A stretch of 64,000 bases of DNA from Chara braunii (taxonomy: Eukaryota > Plantae > Charophyceae): the NCBI GenBank assembly GCA_003427395.1, contig BFEA01000027.1, positions 4,603,630 through 4,667,629 on the forward strand, written 5' to 3'. A program made the position numbers and the translations under genes. Within the stretch, counting starts at the first letter, position 1. Each line of letters opens with the position of its first letter. Shown here in pieces: positions 40,181 to 51,800 of the stretch. The notes under the pieces are model-generated. The model had not been told where the DNA came from. It saw only the letters and a list, made by a program, of their open reading frames with translations, and did not search any database.

Positions 40181-41125
40181 ATGTGTCAAGGAGCCCGAAT
40201 TTTGGCGGTGGACGACCACTGCAAAATAGGGCATGAAGGGGTCGAAAATCCCGGTACGACCGGTCCTTCTAGTGCTTGCGGACGACCAACAGGCCCTAGG
40301 GAGGCCCTACCGGTAGGTAAGCATTTCAAGGGACTGGTCTCATGTACGCACTCCTAGTGGCACTCGGAGGGACAGTCCCACAATTTGCAAGAGGTAACTT
40401 TGGCATTTTTTTGTGTTCATAAGAATTTAAAGAACGATCTGAAAAATTGAAAATCCGTAGATTAGGGGCCTCGCCACACCAACTCTCAAATTCCGCCTAT
40501 CGAAGAAAACTCTGGAGCTGCCATAAAGTTTATGAGAGCACTCCCAAATTCTTCTCTTGCAGGCAGGCACATTCGAGAGACCTCTGGGAGGCGGTCGAAT
40601 TCCCTCTAAATTCCAAGAGCATGGCACGGTAGACAAGGCCTCTAATTGTCATAATATTGGTGCGAAGCGACTCACTAGACACCGAATTTGAGAAATGGTC
40701 ATTTGGGGGTGTTGTGTCGCCATGAGTACTCCTGATGCCCCTTTCTTGATCCCTAGAGCTTGAGAGTACTCCTTAAAAATATTCCGGATTCGGGAGTGGT
40801 GTGGCAAGGCCCTGGATCGTTATTTTTTTATTAAAAATAAAATAAAAAAATCACCATAAAATAATCATAATGCCGATTCGGTGCATTTTTTATTTTTGTC
40901 CCTCAACCATGTGTGATTCAACACAAAAAGTACTCCAACTTCAGTGATTTTTTATGTTAAGAGGAATGCGAGAAAAAATCTAAAAATTTGAGTACTCATA
41001 AATTTTATTGTGATATGTTAAGAAAAAAAATAAATTAATTAAAACAAATCATCTTAACCTCAAAATAGATGGTGGCGGCAATGTGACCCATTTTTTATTT
41101 TTGTCATTCAACCTCTCTCTCTCTC

Positions 41126-41156
<31 letters not shown>

Positions 41157-41433
41157 NCTCTAAGCCGAACGGATTGAATCATGATGATGGGGACTCTAAG
41201 CCGAACGGATTGAATCATGATGATGGGGATCGCCATCTTTGTGTGTGGTGTGCGTGCGTGCCTTTTTTTTGTGTGTGTGTGTGTGCGCGTGTGTGCGTGT
41301 GTGTGTGAGTGGCTCTTTCTGTCCCTGTCTTTGCCTGTATGCTCGCTGCAGACTCGCTTTGACCATCTGCAGGACGATCGGTCTGAGAAATTGGCCACAA
41401 AAGAACTGAACTGTCCTTTCGCGTACTTGGCCA

Positions 41434-41508
<75 letters not shown>

Positions 41509-42010
41509 CAAAAGCAGCAGCAATTTAGCGTAACTCCATCAGGACGGTCGGGATGAACTATCGTTGAGTGATATCGAGCTGAACCCTGGATACAAATGAT
41601 AACTTCCCACGACTTCGCGTTTGCACGATCTATCTGAACTCTGCGTGAATCTGACTCTGATGTCATTTTGCTTTCGACAGCGATCGGCGTATTTATTTTT
41701 CCCCCTCTTGATCGTTGCATCGACTACAACTTGCCCTTGCACATCGGAGGTCGAACATATTGATCGTAGTGACCGGGCCACTACTGGAGCGGAAATGAAC
41801 CGCCAGTACCTCCCCTTCGGCGGAAGCCGCGGCCACATGCGAGCCGCCACTACTGGAGCGCCCACATTCATCCTCCGGAAGTCGAAACGCTTCCACTCTA
41901 TATTTTCCTGCGCCCGATCTATACTCGGGAAAGGTGCTGGTGGCTTAACTCGGGCGGCTGATGTCGAAATAGTGTGCCAGTATTGGAAGTCATTTGATTC
42001 ATACTGAGGG

Positions 42011-42043
42011 CTGTCTCTTATACACATCTAGATGTGTATAAGA

Positions 42044-42048
<5 letters not shown>
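42011..42048. other. Nextera mate-pair junction adapter (back-to-back Tn5 mosaic ends), a library artefact
   Basis: Exact CTGTCTCTTATACACATCT + AGATGTGTATAAGAGACAG. Confidence 0.98.
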
Positions 42049-42092
<44 letters not shown>

Positions 42093-45000
42093 TACAAAAC
42101 AAGAAACATAATCCCTTAAGGTTGCGTTCCCCATGTCCTGCGGTAGGCAAAAGGTTATTCGCAGCCCTAGGGCTGAAGTATGGCTGGTTGCTACATTTGC
42201 GTTAAAGGCGCAAAATTTTGCAGCGGGGCAACCACTCGAAATGAGGTATAATAAAGGTGAAAGTAGTACGGCGAGTGGTTCCTCGCATTTTATCAAAAGA
42301 CCGACAGTTATTTGGTTGCCCTACCGGTACCTTTGAAACACATAGGAATGGTCTTGCTTCATAGCGTGAGACCCAAAAAGAGGTCCAAAATCTTCCAATA
42401 ACGGGTTTTTTAAGACCGCAGTCACTAATGGGTTTGGCCACATGTGCTCAACAACTTGTTCAGCGTTTACTTTGACGATTGTTTATAATCAGAATAATGA
42501 TTGAAAAATATGAGAAAATCAAGAAAAATAGATTGAGCAATAATATTTTTTAAATAAAAATTAACAAAAAAAATAAAAAAATCATTAACCTTAGTTCAGT
42601 TCGAAGGTCCTTGAATTGTTGAAATGGAGACCCGAATTTGAACTCCACTGGAAGCAGACGGGTGGTGTACTATGATTCTAAATTACCTAGGGCTGGTCAC
42701 TTCAATGATTATATCTCAAAATCGTCGCTTTTGTTTTTTGCTTTTCTTTTTTAAATGTTACTCGTGTCAGGATTGGGGTTGGGGGCCATCTGACACTCAA
42801 CCATTGAGAGTATCCCAGTCAGGGAACGGAGTTTTAGAGACTTTCCTAGGGCGGAAGACTCCTAGTGGTACCCAGTCCCGAGCTATCGACATTTATAGCT
42901 TATCCTCCTGACGGCAACCACCATTGATGGTAATCGTATCTCCTATTCCTAACCAATGTCAATACCTTCGATCTTTAGTCTCTCGATGAATCAACAATCA
43001 AACGCATGTTGGGCCAAATATTCAAGTTTTTATTTCCTTATCTACTTACTTATTAGCTACCATAGTTGTACTCATAGAGATCCTATTATTGTTTTGTTCA
43101 TAGTTATACATTTAGATCCTTATCCCCTCATTTACATTTTTACCCATTAGCTACCCCTTATGATGCCTATTGTGTACCCTTGCTCCTAGTGAAGGTTATT
43201 ATATTAGATTTTCGTTCTCAATGAAACTGCAAAATATAACCCGGTCTTTCCCACAATCCCTATCGATGTTTTTATTATTCATTCCAACCCCCGACCACAT
43301 TTCATCTACCAGTACACGCATGATGTGAGTCGTCAAGGTCTATTCGTGACCATTGAGGATACTTATATCCAGATGGGCCCCTTTATGTAGTAAGGTGCCC
43401 CTACTCTTGCGCAACCCCGCATACCTCCCCCTAACAGTGCAAACACAACTCTCCTTGTGTGTTGCTACCAGCACAAGGACTACGACGATCCTAACCAAGC
43501 AATGTTATCACCCGACCCCATAGAAGGTGTTGCCAAAACTGATGCTAACCACCTATAAGTTTATACCTTCCTTCTTCAACCGCCAAAAGAGGTGTGCGAA
43601 TGGTACTAAGTCTCGTTGTCGGAGCAGAAACCCTTACAAGGGTACTTGTTCGGGATTTTAAATGTCCGACTATTTATTGAGAATTCCTTGAATTCAATGA
43701 CTTGATGAGATTTAAATACCCGTCCAATATTATTCCAACCGAACCTATGACTAATAGGTCAAAAATTCTTTAAACTTGAATGTGTGGACATCAAAAAAAT
43801 AATAGTTACCGTTGATGCCGCACTAGACTGACAAGAGGTCGGGATCATTTTAGGATATCGTGAGTTGCTTAAGTGAACTAGGTGAAATGAATGTAATTTC
43901 GACGTAGACAAATCTCATAAAAGCTAGGTGTAGCGACACTATAGTCAGGATATGAATTTTGTGATGAATGTTGTGTATGCGACCTCCTTGTGTGCCAAAG
44001 CAGCGACGTAATGTACAAGTGTGGGTTGTTGCGTCATCAAGCACTGTTGAGCGCATCAACTCCCGCCTTTTCTCGCAAAAGGCGAGAGCCCTTCCGGCTA
44101 TGTCACGCAGGAGTCAAACAAAACAAAATAAGAAACAGCTCAACAACGACGCAGAGAAAAAAAAAATCCCACAAACCACTGAAACGGGCGTGGTCACATC
44201 GTCCCTTCGCCGCTCTACTTGGGTGCGCCAACTGTACTTTATGAGGTCCCCTACGACAATATAGGCTTCCGTGGTGTCAGTGTGAATATCCTTACAATGG
44301 TATCCACCCTGATTTTCGCACACGATAGAAGATGAGTTGATTCCAAGACTTGAGTACGTAGCGTGAGCCACCGTTGTGTTTTTGTTTACGCTGACTAAGT
44401 GGTTGACTAGAAATAAAAGGTGTATGGGCGAGCAATTTTGAGGTGCGCGTGATGTTTTTCATTGATATTGTAGAGCCTGCATTTTCGCAGGCTGATTTTT
44501 TATTTTTGATTAAAACTATGAGAGACTTCCCTTTCTGTTAAAATGACCATGGTGCACGTTGCACTCGTGCGAAAGACGACGGCGACGGTGATACGGTTTT
44601 TTATAATGAGTGGAGTAAATGTAAGGATAAGAGTGCGAAAACGGGCGGTCACACGGTAGGTACGGGGCTTGATACCCGTGGGATTGGCCAGTAGGCTGAG
44701 AGGGTGACCTTGGAGCATTTAGCTAACCCGCATGTGTAGCAATACCCGTTTATATGCCTTACCGCTAATACTAAAACCATCCTTGGGCCGAACACTATTG
44801 GCTATGGTGGCGGCCACAGAGGTTCAGAGATCGAGGCGAGCGGGTGACGACACAGGAGTATTGGAGTGGCGAAAAGAAACTAGGGGGTTGAGGGCCCAGT
44901 GAGGCTATCATGGTTTTGCTGGCCGCGGGGTCGATCGGCAGGGCCAAGGCAGTATTATCAGCCCCTTTTCCCTCCCCTCACTTTTCGTCTTCGTCGTCAG

Positions 45001-45469
45001 TTTCGTAGTTATTATTTTACTGTTATTTTTATTTTTGTTTGCCCTCCTCGAGTTGGGTGCGACACCGCACTTAGTAATCATTGACGGGACCGCTGGCTTA
45101 GCTTAATTGGTGGGGCCCCTGACTCTGGGCTATGAGACGAGGTGTGAACGGCAGTCGAGGACCTTGAGCACGCGCCTCTTTTGGCGGGCCCGTCAAGATT
45201 TCTGCGTGTTCGGGATATTAACGATATTTGTCTATCTTACTTGTTTTGAGACGCGAACCGCGGAGTCAACGTGCATGTGATTGGCGGGCAGTTAGCCCAC
45301 GAGGTGGAAAAATCTCGAGTGGCGGGGACCCTTGGCAGGTGCGTCGCTCGCCTACCGTGGTTTGTTGTGAGAGACTCCAGTGTGAGCATATCTGTTGGGA
45401 ACCAAAAGAGGCGAGTAGTGTCTGGGCGGAGCGGCCCAAGGCACTGTGGGGAGGCCCACAACGGTGTTG

Positions 45470-45820
45470 CGGCAAGCTACGGACCACATGGAACCCCGCT
45501 CCACTTCGGTCTTCCAAGGTCTCCTTTGAATATTTGCTACTACAACCAAGATCTGCACTGGGACCAGCCCCCCCAGGCTATTTCTACATGTTCCGCAGCA
45601 GGCCCTCGCCCTCCTAATCAATGGGTCGGGAGTCGTCATGACAACCGAGTAGTGGGTCGCCGCCTGCTCCAACTTTATCGTTGTCGGGGCTAACTGATTT
45701 GGCGAGTGAGTTGTTACATACTCCTTAGCGGAATTTCAACTTTCCATGTCCGCAGTCCTGCTGCCTGTAGCAACCTGCACTTTTTGTGGTGTTAGGGTTA
45801 GCGCTCAACTTAGCACAGTG
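45470..45820 (-). pseudogene. Diverged fragment of cytosolic LSU (25S/28S) rRNA covering the GTPase-associated centre to the LR7 primer region
   Basis: Minus strand has cgctaaggagtatgtaacaactcac, gtgcagatcttggttgtagtagcaaatattcaaa and ggttccatgtg, colinear with plant LSU but with many substitutions. Confidence 0.85.
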
Positions 45821-47986
45821 AAGAATGAAGGTGGGGACGAAGCACAAGGCCGGAGACGAAGTGAGACCGTAAAAGCAAAGAAAGGGAGGAATAGATCTGG
45901 CAAGATTTGGCGCCATATACATTCAGTAGAGGAGATGACGAAGAAAACGAGCATGAGCGCAACGAAGAGTAGTCAACCTACACGATACTGGATGACTGGT
46001 CGAATGAAAGATGGAGATCGGGGGTTAAGGTCTGGGCGAGTACGAATCTGATGTTAGTTTTAGCAGTAAGTCAGTGAATTAGGAGGTAGTGGAGGAAGGG
46101 AGTGCGTGGAGTCGGAGAAGGTAGAGAAGGAGTAAAAGTTGTCAACCATGGTCGTTCCTCGACCTTTCTCAAGAGGCGGAGATGCTATTTGGGGGTTTCA
46201 GGGGTGGGCGAATCCGTAGTAAAGTCACATGAAGGTTTTAGTGGTTAGACTCGAGGCTATGAGGTTGCGAATTGCACATGAGGAGAGGAAAACCAAAGTG
46301 GGATGTATCTACACGTATTATAGCAGAAGGTTCGTTTTGAGTTCTTATTTTTTCTTCTCTTTGTTTCTTTTTCTTATCCCATCGGTAGGAATAGTCTTTC
46401 TCTCCCTCTCTGGTGTGCTCGCGAATAGGCTCGTTAGAAGCAGAAGAGGAAACTCATTGTAAAAGGTGCAGTCTGTCCGCATTTTGGCGGAAGATTCATT
46501 ACCACTTTTTGCCAGGTTGAGGAAGTGGTAAGGTCGGACCTGTGCTCGTGCTGACGACGACTCATGTTATGGTTCATGCCTCGTCCATCGGTGTTATTCC
46601 AGTTGTAATCGCCATCCTGCCGATCATTGCGCATTCGAACCTCGTCCCGTCCCTCTTGTGATCGTCCTCCTACGTACTTCGAACGGACCTGGCCAGGCTA
46701 ATGAGCAAATGCATGTTTGAACTAGGAGCCGGGACGTAACAAGAGCAAAGAGAGTTGTTACCGACCGTTTCTAGGCGGATCGGCCAATGGAACAGTCGGA
46801 GGTGGGATTTTAGCCATTGAAAGTGTGGTGACGATGTTGGTCCTCACGATGAACTAACAGTTAGGCAGATACGAAGCAAACGGGCGATGTATCTACCCAT
46901 CTCCTAGAGGAAGACTCATTGGCACCCAGACGCTAGGAGTACAAGCAACCTCACGATCTTGTAGCAAAGTGCAAGCTGGGCTGTTCGCAGCAGCTGCGGC
47001 GGGTTGTGTTGAACTATGTGGACCACTTGTATCTGCCATTGGAACTGGTCACATGAAAATGAGTTGACTGTGCCCCCGCAGGGTATTGTTGCTTAGGGAT
47101 GTGAACCCGCTGCATTTCCTTTGCATACACTGTGCCCTCGTTGTGTCTCATTGTGTCTTGCTATTGGGCACTGCGCCTTTGTCCTTCCCTGGGCGGTTGT
47201 TGGGCATTGCTGTTAGGCTCGTTGCTGCGCAGAGACTGAGCACGCTGCGTATTTGTTGAGTTTGGTTGCCTTTTACATTCAACTCGAGTAGAGCACGGGG
47301 ATGCGATCCATTTGAATGAGGCTTTTCCATGCTACGGAGCAGCAGGTTTAGCAAGAGGGTGAGTCACTGTGACTCGAGGGAGTGATTTGATCCTGTAAGG
47401 AGAGTTCCTGCTGCAGTTTGGAGGTCTGTCAGAAGGCTGTTACATGGCCTTTGGCGGTGTCTTGATTACCCTACTGCGTTTTCTGCCCACCATTGCGGGG
47501 CCTTCAGATGGCCTAAGGTTTCAAGACCTTCTCACGCGAGTCTAAGCACACCGCTCGAGTATCTAAGTGACTTAATGATTCTCCTTTTGTCCTTCTTACT
47601 CCCAGTCTAGTCCTTTAGTTTGGAGAGGAAGGCAGCAGGCGGGATTGAAATACGTAATCCGTGCCGATGCCTATGTGGGAGGTTCCGCCCCACTAATTGC
47701 GGGAGCTCTGCCGAAACCTAGGTGAGGTTCTGGAAGCAGAAAACTGTCAGGTATACCTTCTTCTACCTGTGTGAACCTACTATACCCTTATGACTACATC
47801 TTTCTAGTTTGATTGAAAGGTGTGCATGTGTTCCCTTATGAATTGTATTTTATTTTCATAACTTAATCATACTAATTGGAAGGAACGCATGTGTAAATCT
47901 CAAGTTTCTTTTTATTTTCACTGAAAGCAGACTGGGACAAGATGGGAGAAATGTGGTTTTGCATGCGTTTGACCGGGTCAACCAAA

Positions 47987-48738
47987 GGTTGGACGTTGTT
48001 TCTAAGATGAATGGTCTAGTGCTATGTTTATTGATTGTTTTATGAAGGACCAGACTTTGGTTCTAAGCTGAACTATTTGGTCGCTATGTTTAATTATGAG
48101 GGTTTGTCAGACTGATCTACGCGATCAAGCATCGTTTCTAAGTTGAATGACTTTGTCTAACTGTTTTTTTTGGGGTTTCTGACTGAAGTTGGGTTGAAAG
48201 GCCCAACTTCATACTTTGAGCGACTTATGATGGACTTAATATTGTTTATAAGCTGAATGGTTCAGTCTCTTGTTCATTTTGGAAGAGGATTTTGGTGGAA
48301 GGCTAAACATTATTTTTAAGCTAAATGATTTAGTCGGAAACCATTCATAAAGTGTAAGCAAAATATAATTGGAAATACTTTATTTATATTTGCATGTCAA
48401 CAGGCGACTGAATATTGTTTCTAAGCTTAATGCTTCAACCAGAAGCCATATCACTAAGAACAGAAAGAAAAATGAAAAGTAAAAATAAAAGTAACTTGGG
48501 CACGTTGAACAGTGTTTCTAAGTTGAATGACTCTGTCCCCTGCCCATATTTCTTTTTTTTTTTAAAGACAAATTAGAAGTTATTAACTTTGGATATTAAA
48601 CAGTTCAGCGCGACTAGACATTATTTATAATTTGAATGACCTAATCACACGCTCGAAGAAGAGAAAGGTAGTTGTGCAACCTTTTCATGTATAATATAAG
48701 GCATGATAGGCATTGTTTCTCATGTGAATAGTCTAACG
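47987..48738 (+). repeat. Array of nine 35-bp imperfect palindromic repeats separated by 26-75-bp mostly unique spacers
   Basis: Consensus ~gactRaacatt-gtttctaagYtg-aatgacttagtc; copies start at 47987, 48048, 48123, 48233, 48301, 48406, 48503, 48612, 48704. Confidence 0.8.
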
Positions 48739-48879
48739 TCATGCCATATGTAAAATGTGTATAAGGGATAAATCATCTGAGAGTTTAATGAACTATCTTA
48801 TATGGAATGATTAAGGGTTTAGACGCTTGGCATGATGCTCAAACGATCGCCATGTACTAGAGCTATAACTAAAGATTGG

Positions 48880-51800
48880 TCTAACCTCGGGTATGGGTAA
48901 AGGCTGAAGTAACCCATAAGGAAGGTGGTTTGCACAATTCATCTCATGGCAGGTAGGACACTCCTTGATGTAGGCTTTGACGAAATCCTTGGACTTCGAC
49001 CAGACGTATAGGGGGCAAACACGAGCCAACGTCTTAGGGAAGCCCATATGGACAACAACTGTTTGGTCATGAAACTCTGCTACAGCTTGGACACGGAGCT
49101 GTCCAGTGGAGGGAACGCAGATACGTGGTTCTAGCTGACCAGATATGCCATGCCAGTACACGAGACCGTTCTCACCGAGTGAGTATGAGGGAACGGTCTT
49201 ACCACTCCGCAATGTCGCATGGATGGCGCGATAATATGGGCAGTGGCGGTACTGAGTGCGATATGCGTCGACCACCGACTGATCAACAGTGGTGATGGAG
49301 ATGGCAGCAAGATGGATGGGTTCCTGATTGTGATCAGGACAGCGGTAGAAGGCATCGACGACGCGGTTCGTTTCACCTTTGATGGACTGAGTGGTGAAAC
49401 TGAACTCAGATAAGTCACGCCACCAACGTGCCTGTCGAGAAGAAAGCTTGGACTTCGTGAGGAAAGCCTGGACAACTGAGTTGTCCGTGCGCACGGTGAA
49501 GGGCACCTCGTGCAGGTAGTAACGTCAATGCCGGGTAACATAAACTACTCCGAGAACCTCACATTCATCGACAGTGTAGTTTATCTCGGCAGGCAGTAGC
49601 TGACGGGAGTAGAAGGCGATCGGACAATCCCCAGCACGAGTCTTGACAGTCTCATCCTCCGCGATGGTCGGGGAGTAAGTAACGGGAGGACTGTCAGTGG
49701 AGGGAAGTGGTGGGACGGTAGGCGTCAGTCGAAAAGCAGTGTCAGCAGGAGGGGGGGGGAAAGGATGAACATGGTGATAAGATGAATCCGCAGGAGATTG
49801 AGATAGGACAACTCTTACTGCAAAATTTGACGCATCGATGGTGACGATAAAGGGGCGATCAAAATCGGGGAGGCGAAGAACCGGCCACAAGTCCGCAGGA
49901 GATTGAGATAGGACAACTCTTACTGCAAAATCTGACGCATTGATGGTGACGATAAAGGGGCGATCAAAATCGAGGAGGCGAAGAACCGGCCACAAGTCAC
50001 CGCCTTCTTGAGGGCGTGAAAGGCGTCCTCGTACAGGGGTGTCAAAAACCACGACGGGTTCTTCCGGAGGAGGGTGGAGGTAAGGATGTAAGAATACCTA
50101 GCGTATTCCCAGATGAAATTACTATAGTAAGTAGTGAGGCCTAGAAAACTACGAAGCTTCTTGGCAAATGTGGGGACGAGTCACTCTGCAATAGCAGTGA
50201 TCTTCCATCGTCCATGTGGAGACCCTGGTCAGACACATGGTGTCCTAGGAAGGCCACTTTGGTCTGGGCAAAGCAGCACTTGCTAAGCCTTACATAGGAA
50301 CCATGCTTGCGTAAGCGCTATAGGACATTGCGAAGGTGTTTGAGAAGGTATTCTAAGGTATGACTGTAGACCAGGATGTCGTCCAGGTATACGAGAGCGT
50401 ATTCTTCGAGGATGTCCCTAAAGATGTCGTTCATCGCCGTCTGGAAGGTGGCGGGTGCATTGGTGAGGCAGAATGGCATCACCGTGAACTCGTAGTGGCT
50501 GAAGCGTGACCGAAAGACGGTCTTCGACTGATCCTCTGTGGCTACGCGGATCTAGTGGTAACTGCTACGAAGATCGATCTTCGTAAAGAAGCGGTTGCCT
50601 GCCAAACGGCCAAACAGCTCATCCGCGTGTGGCATGGGATAGATCGTGGTAGTCGATGCAGAGGCGGAGAGTTTCGTCCGCTTAGCAAGCAAAGAGGACG
50701 GGTGCACCCCAAGGAGAGTTACTGGGTTTAATGAAACCTAGTCGAAAGAGCTCCTCAAGTTGACGCTTGAGTTTCGTTGCCTCTGGGATCGAGAGTCGGT
50801 AGGGTGCCTGATGGTGGACACGATAGTCAGACACGAGTTGGATAGAATGCTCAACACCCCACATGAGAGGGATTCCGCTATATGAGAAATACAGGGGGAA
50901 AACGTCGCGAACAGCGGGTTCTAAGTCAGCCGTAAACCGTATGAGTTTCTCAACGGCTGCGTCGACACGAGATGTATGGGTGGACTCAGTAGTGACCGAC
51001 GAAGGGACCTGGGATGTCGAGAGGGTATCCGCAGGCTGACGGGTGGATATGGAGATGAGAGCCGCGAAGATGGAGGAAGGGTCAGGGGGATCGGGCTCCA
51101 GTGAGATGAGCTCAACCTCTGGACANAGTGGATCGTAGCGAAGAAGATCCATGACGTTCACTGAGTAGAACATGACGTCCTCCTGTCGTATGAAGTGAGC
51201 AAACTGACGAGGAGAAGTGAAGGAGATGCCTAGGTGGGAGAGGGTCCTAGGGAGGGGGGTCTGGAGGGGTGTCGCTCGTGGTTCCAATGAAGGGGACTCG
51301 ATGGGTTTGACCACACTTCGTTTTGAGAACGAGTGTCTCAGTCGCCCATTCAGTCTCTGTGCTACGGAACCGGCGAGACCAGGGAGTGCCAACGACAAAG
51401 TCGTACCCAGTCTCCAACACGTCGAAGGATGCGGAGGAATGGTAGCGTCAAGGCGCCTGGGTACTATCCGATGGCTGGAGGGTAAGGGAGAAGTGGAGAT
51501 CAGGGACCATCTTATCGAAGAAGCGCTGCGTCTTGTTATCTTCGAGGGTAACGAAGATAGAAGAGCGAGACCCGGAAGTAGCTAGGCGAGCTTCCTCAAC
51601 CACTCGAGGGTGAACGAAATCTCCCTGCGAGGCAGAGTCCCATAAAGTGTGGTACACCCTTGTAGCTGTCCCTAGGCGAATAGGGATGATGGAGAGAGTG
51701 CGATTAGGGTCAGAGAGCAGAGCGAGAAGACGACGCAGGATGTTTACGTGTCTCGTGAGTGGCTCGCCAGCGTGTCTCGTGAGTCGCTCCTGGTGAGCCT

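Noticed and set aside
41158-41230. 36-bp direct repeat next to a single N
   Set aside because: Probably a contig-overlap artefact close to the adapter junction.
45081-45200. SSU rRNA-like words (ttgacggg..., gcttaatt)
   Set aside because: Too short and not colinear with rRNA.
47987-48738. Calling the array a true CRISPR
   Set aside because: Eukaryotic context, no cas genes, degenerate repeats and irregular spacer lengths; reported as an unexplained array instead.
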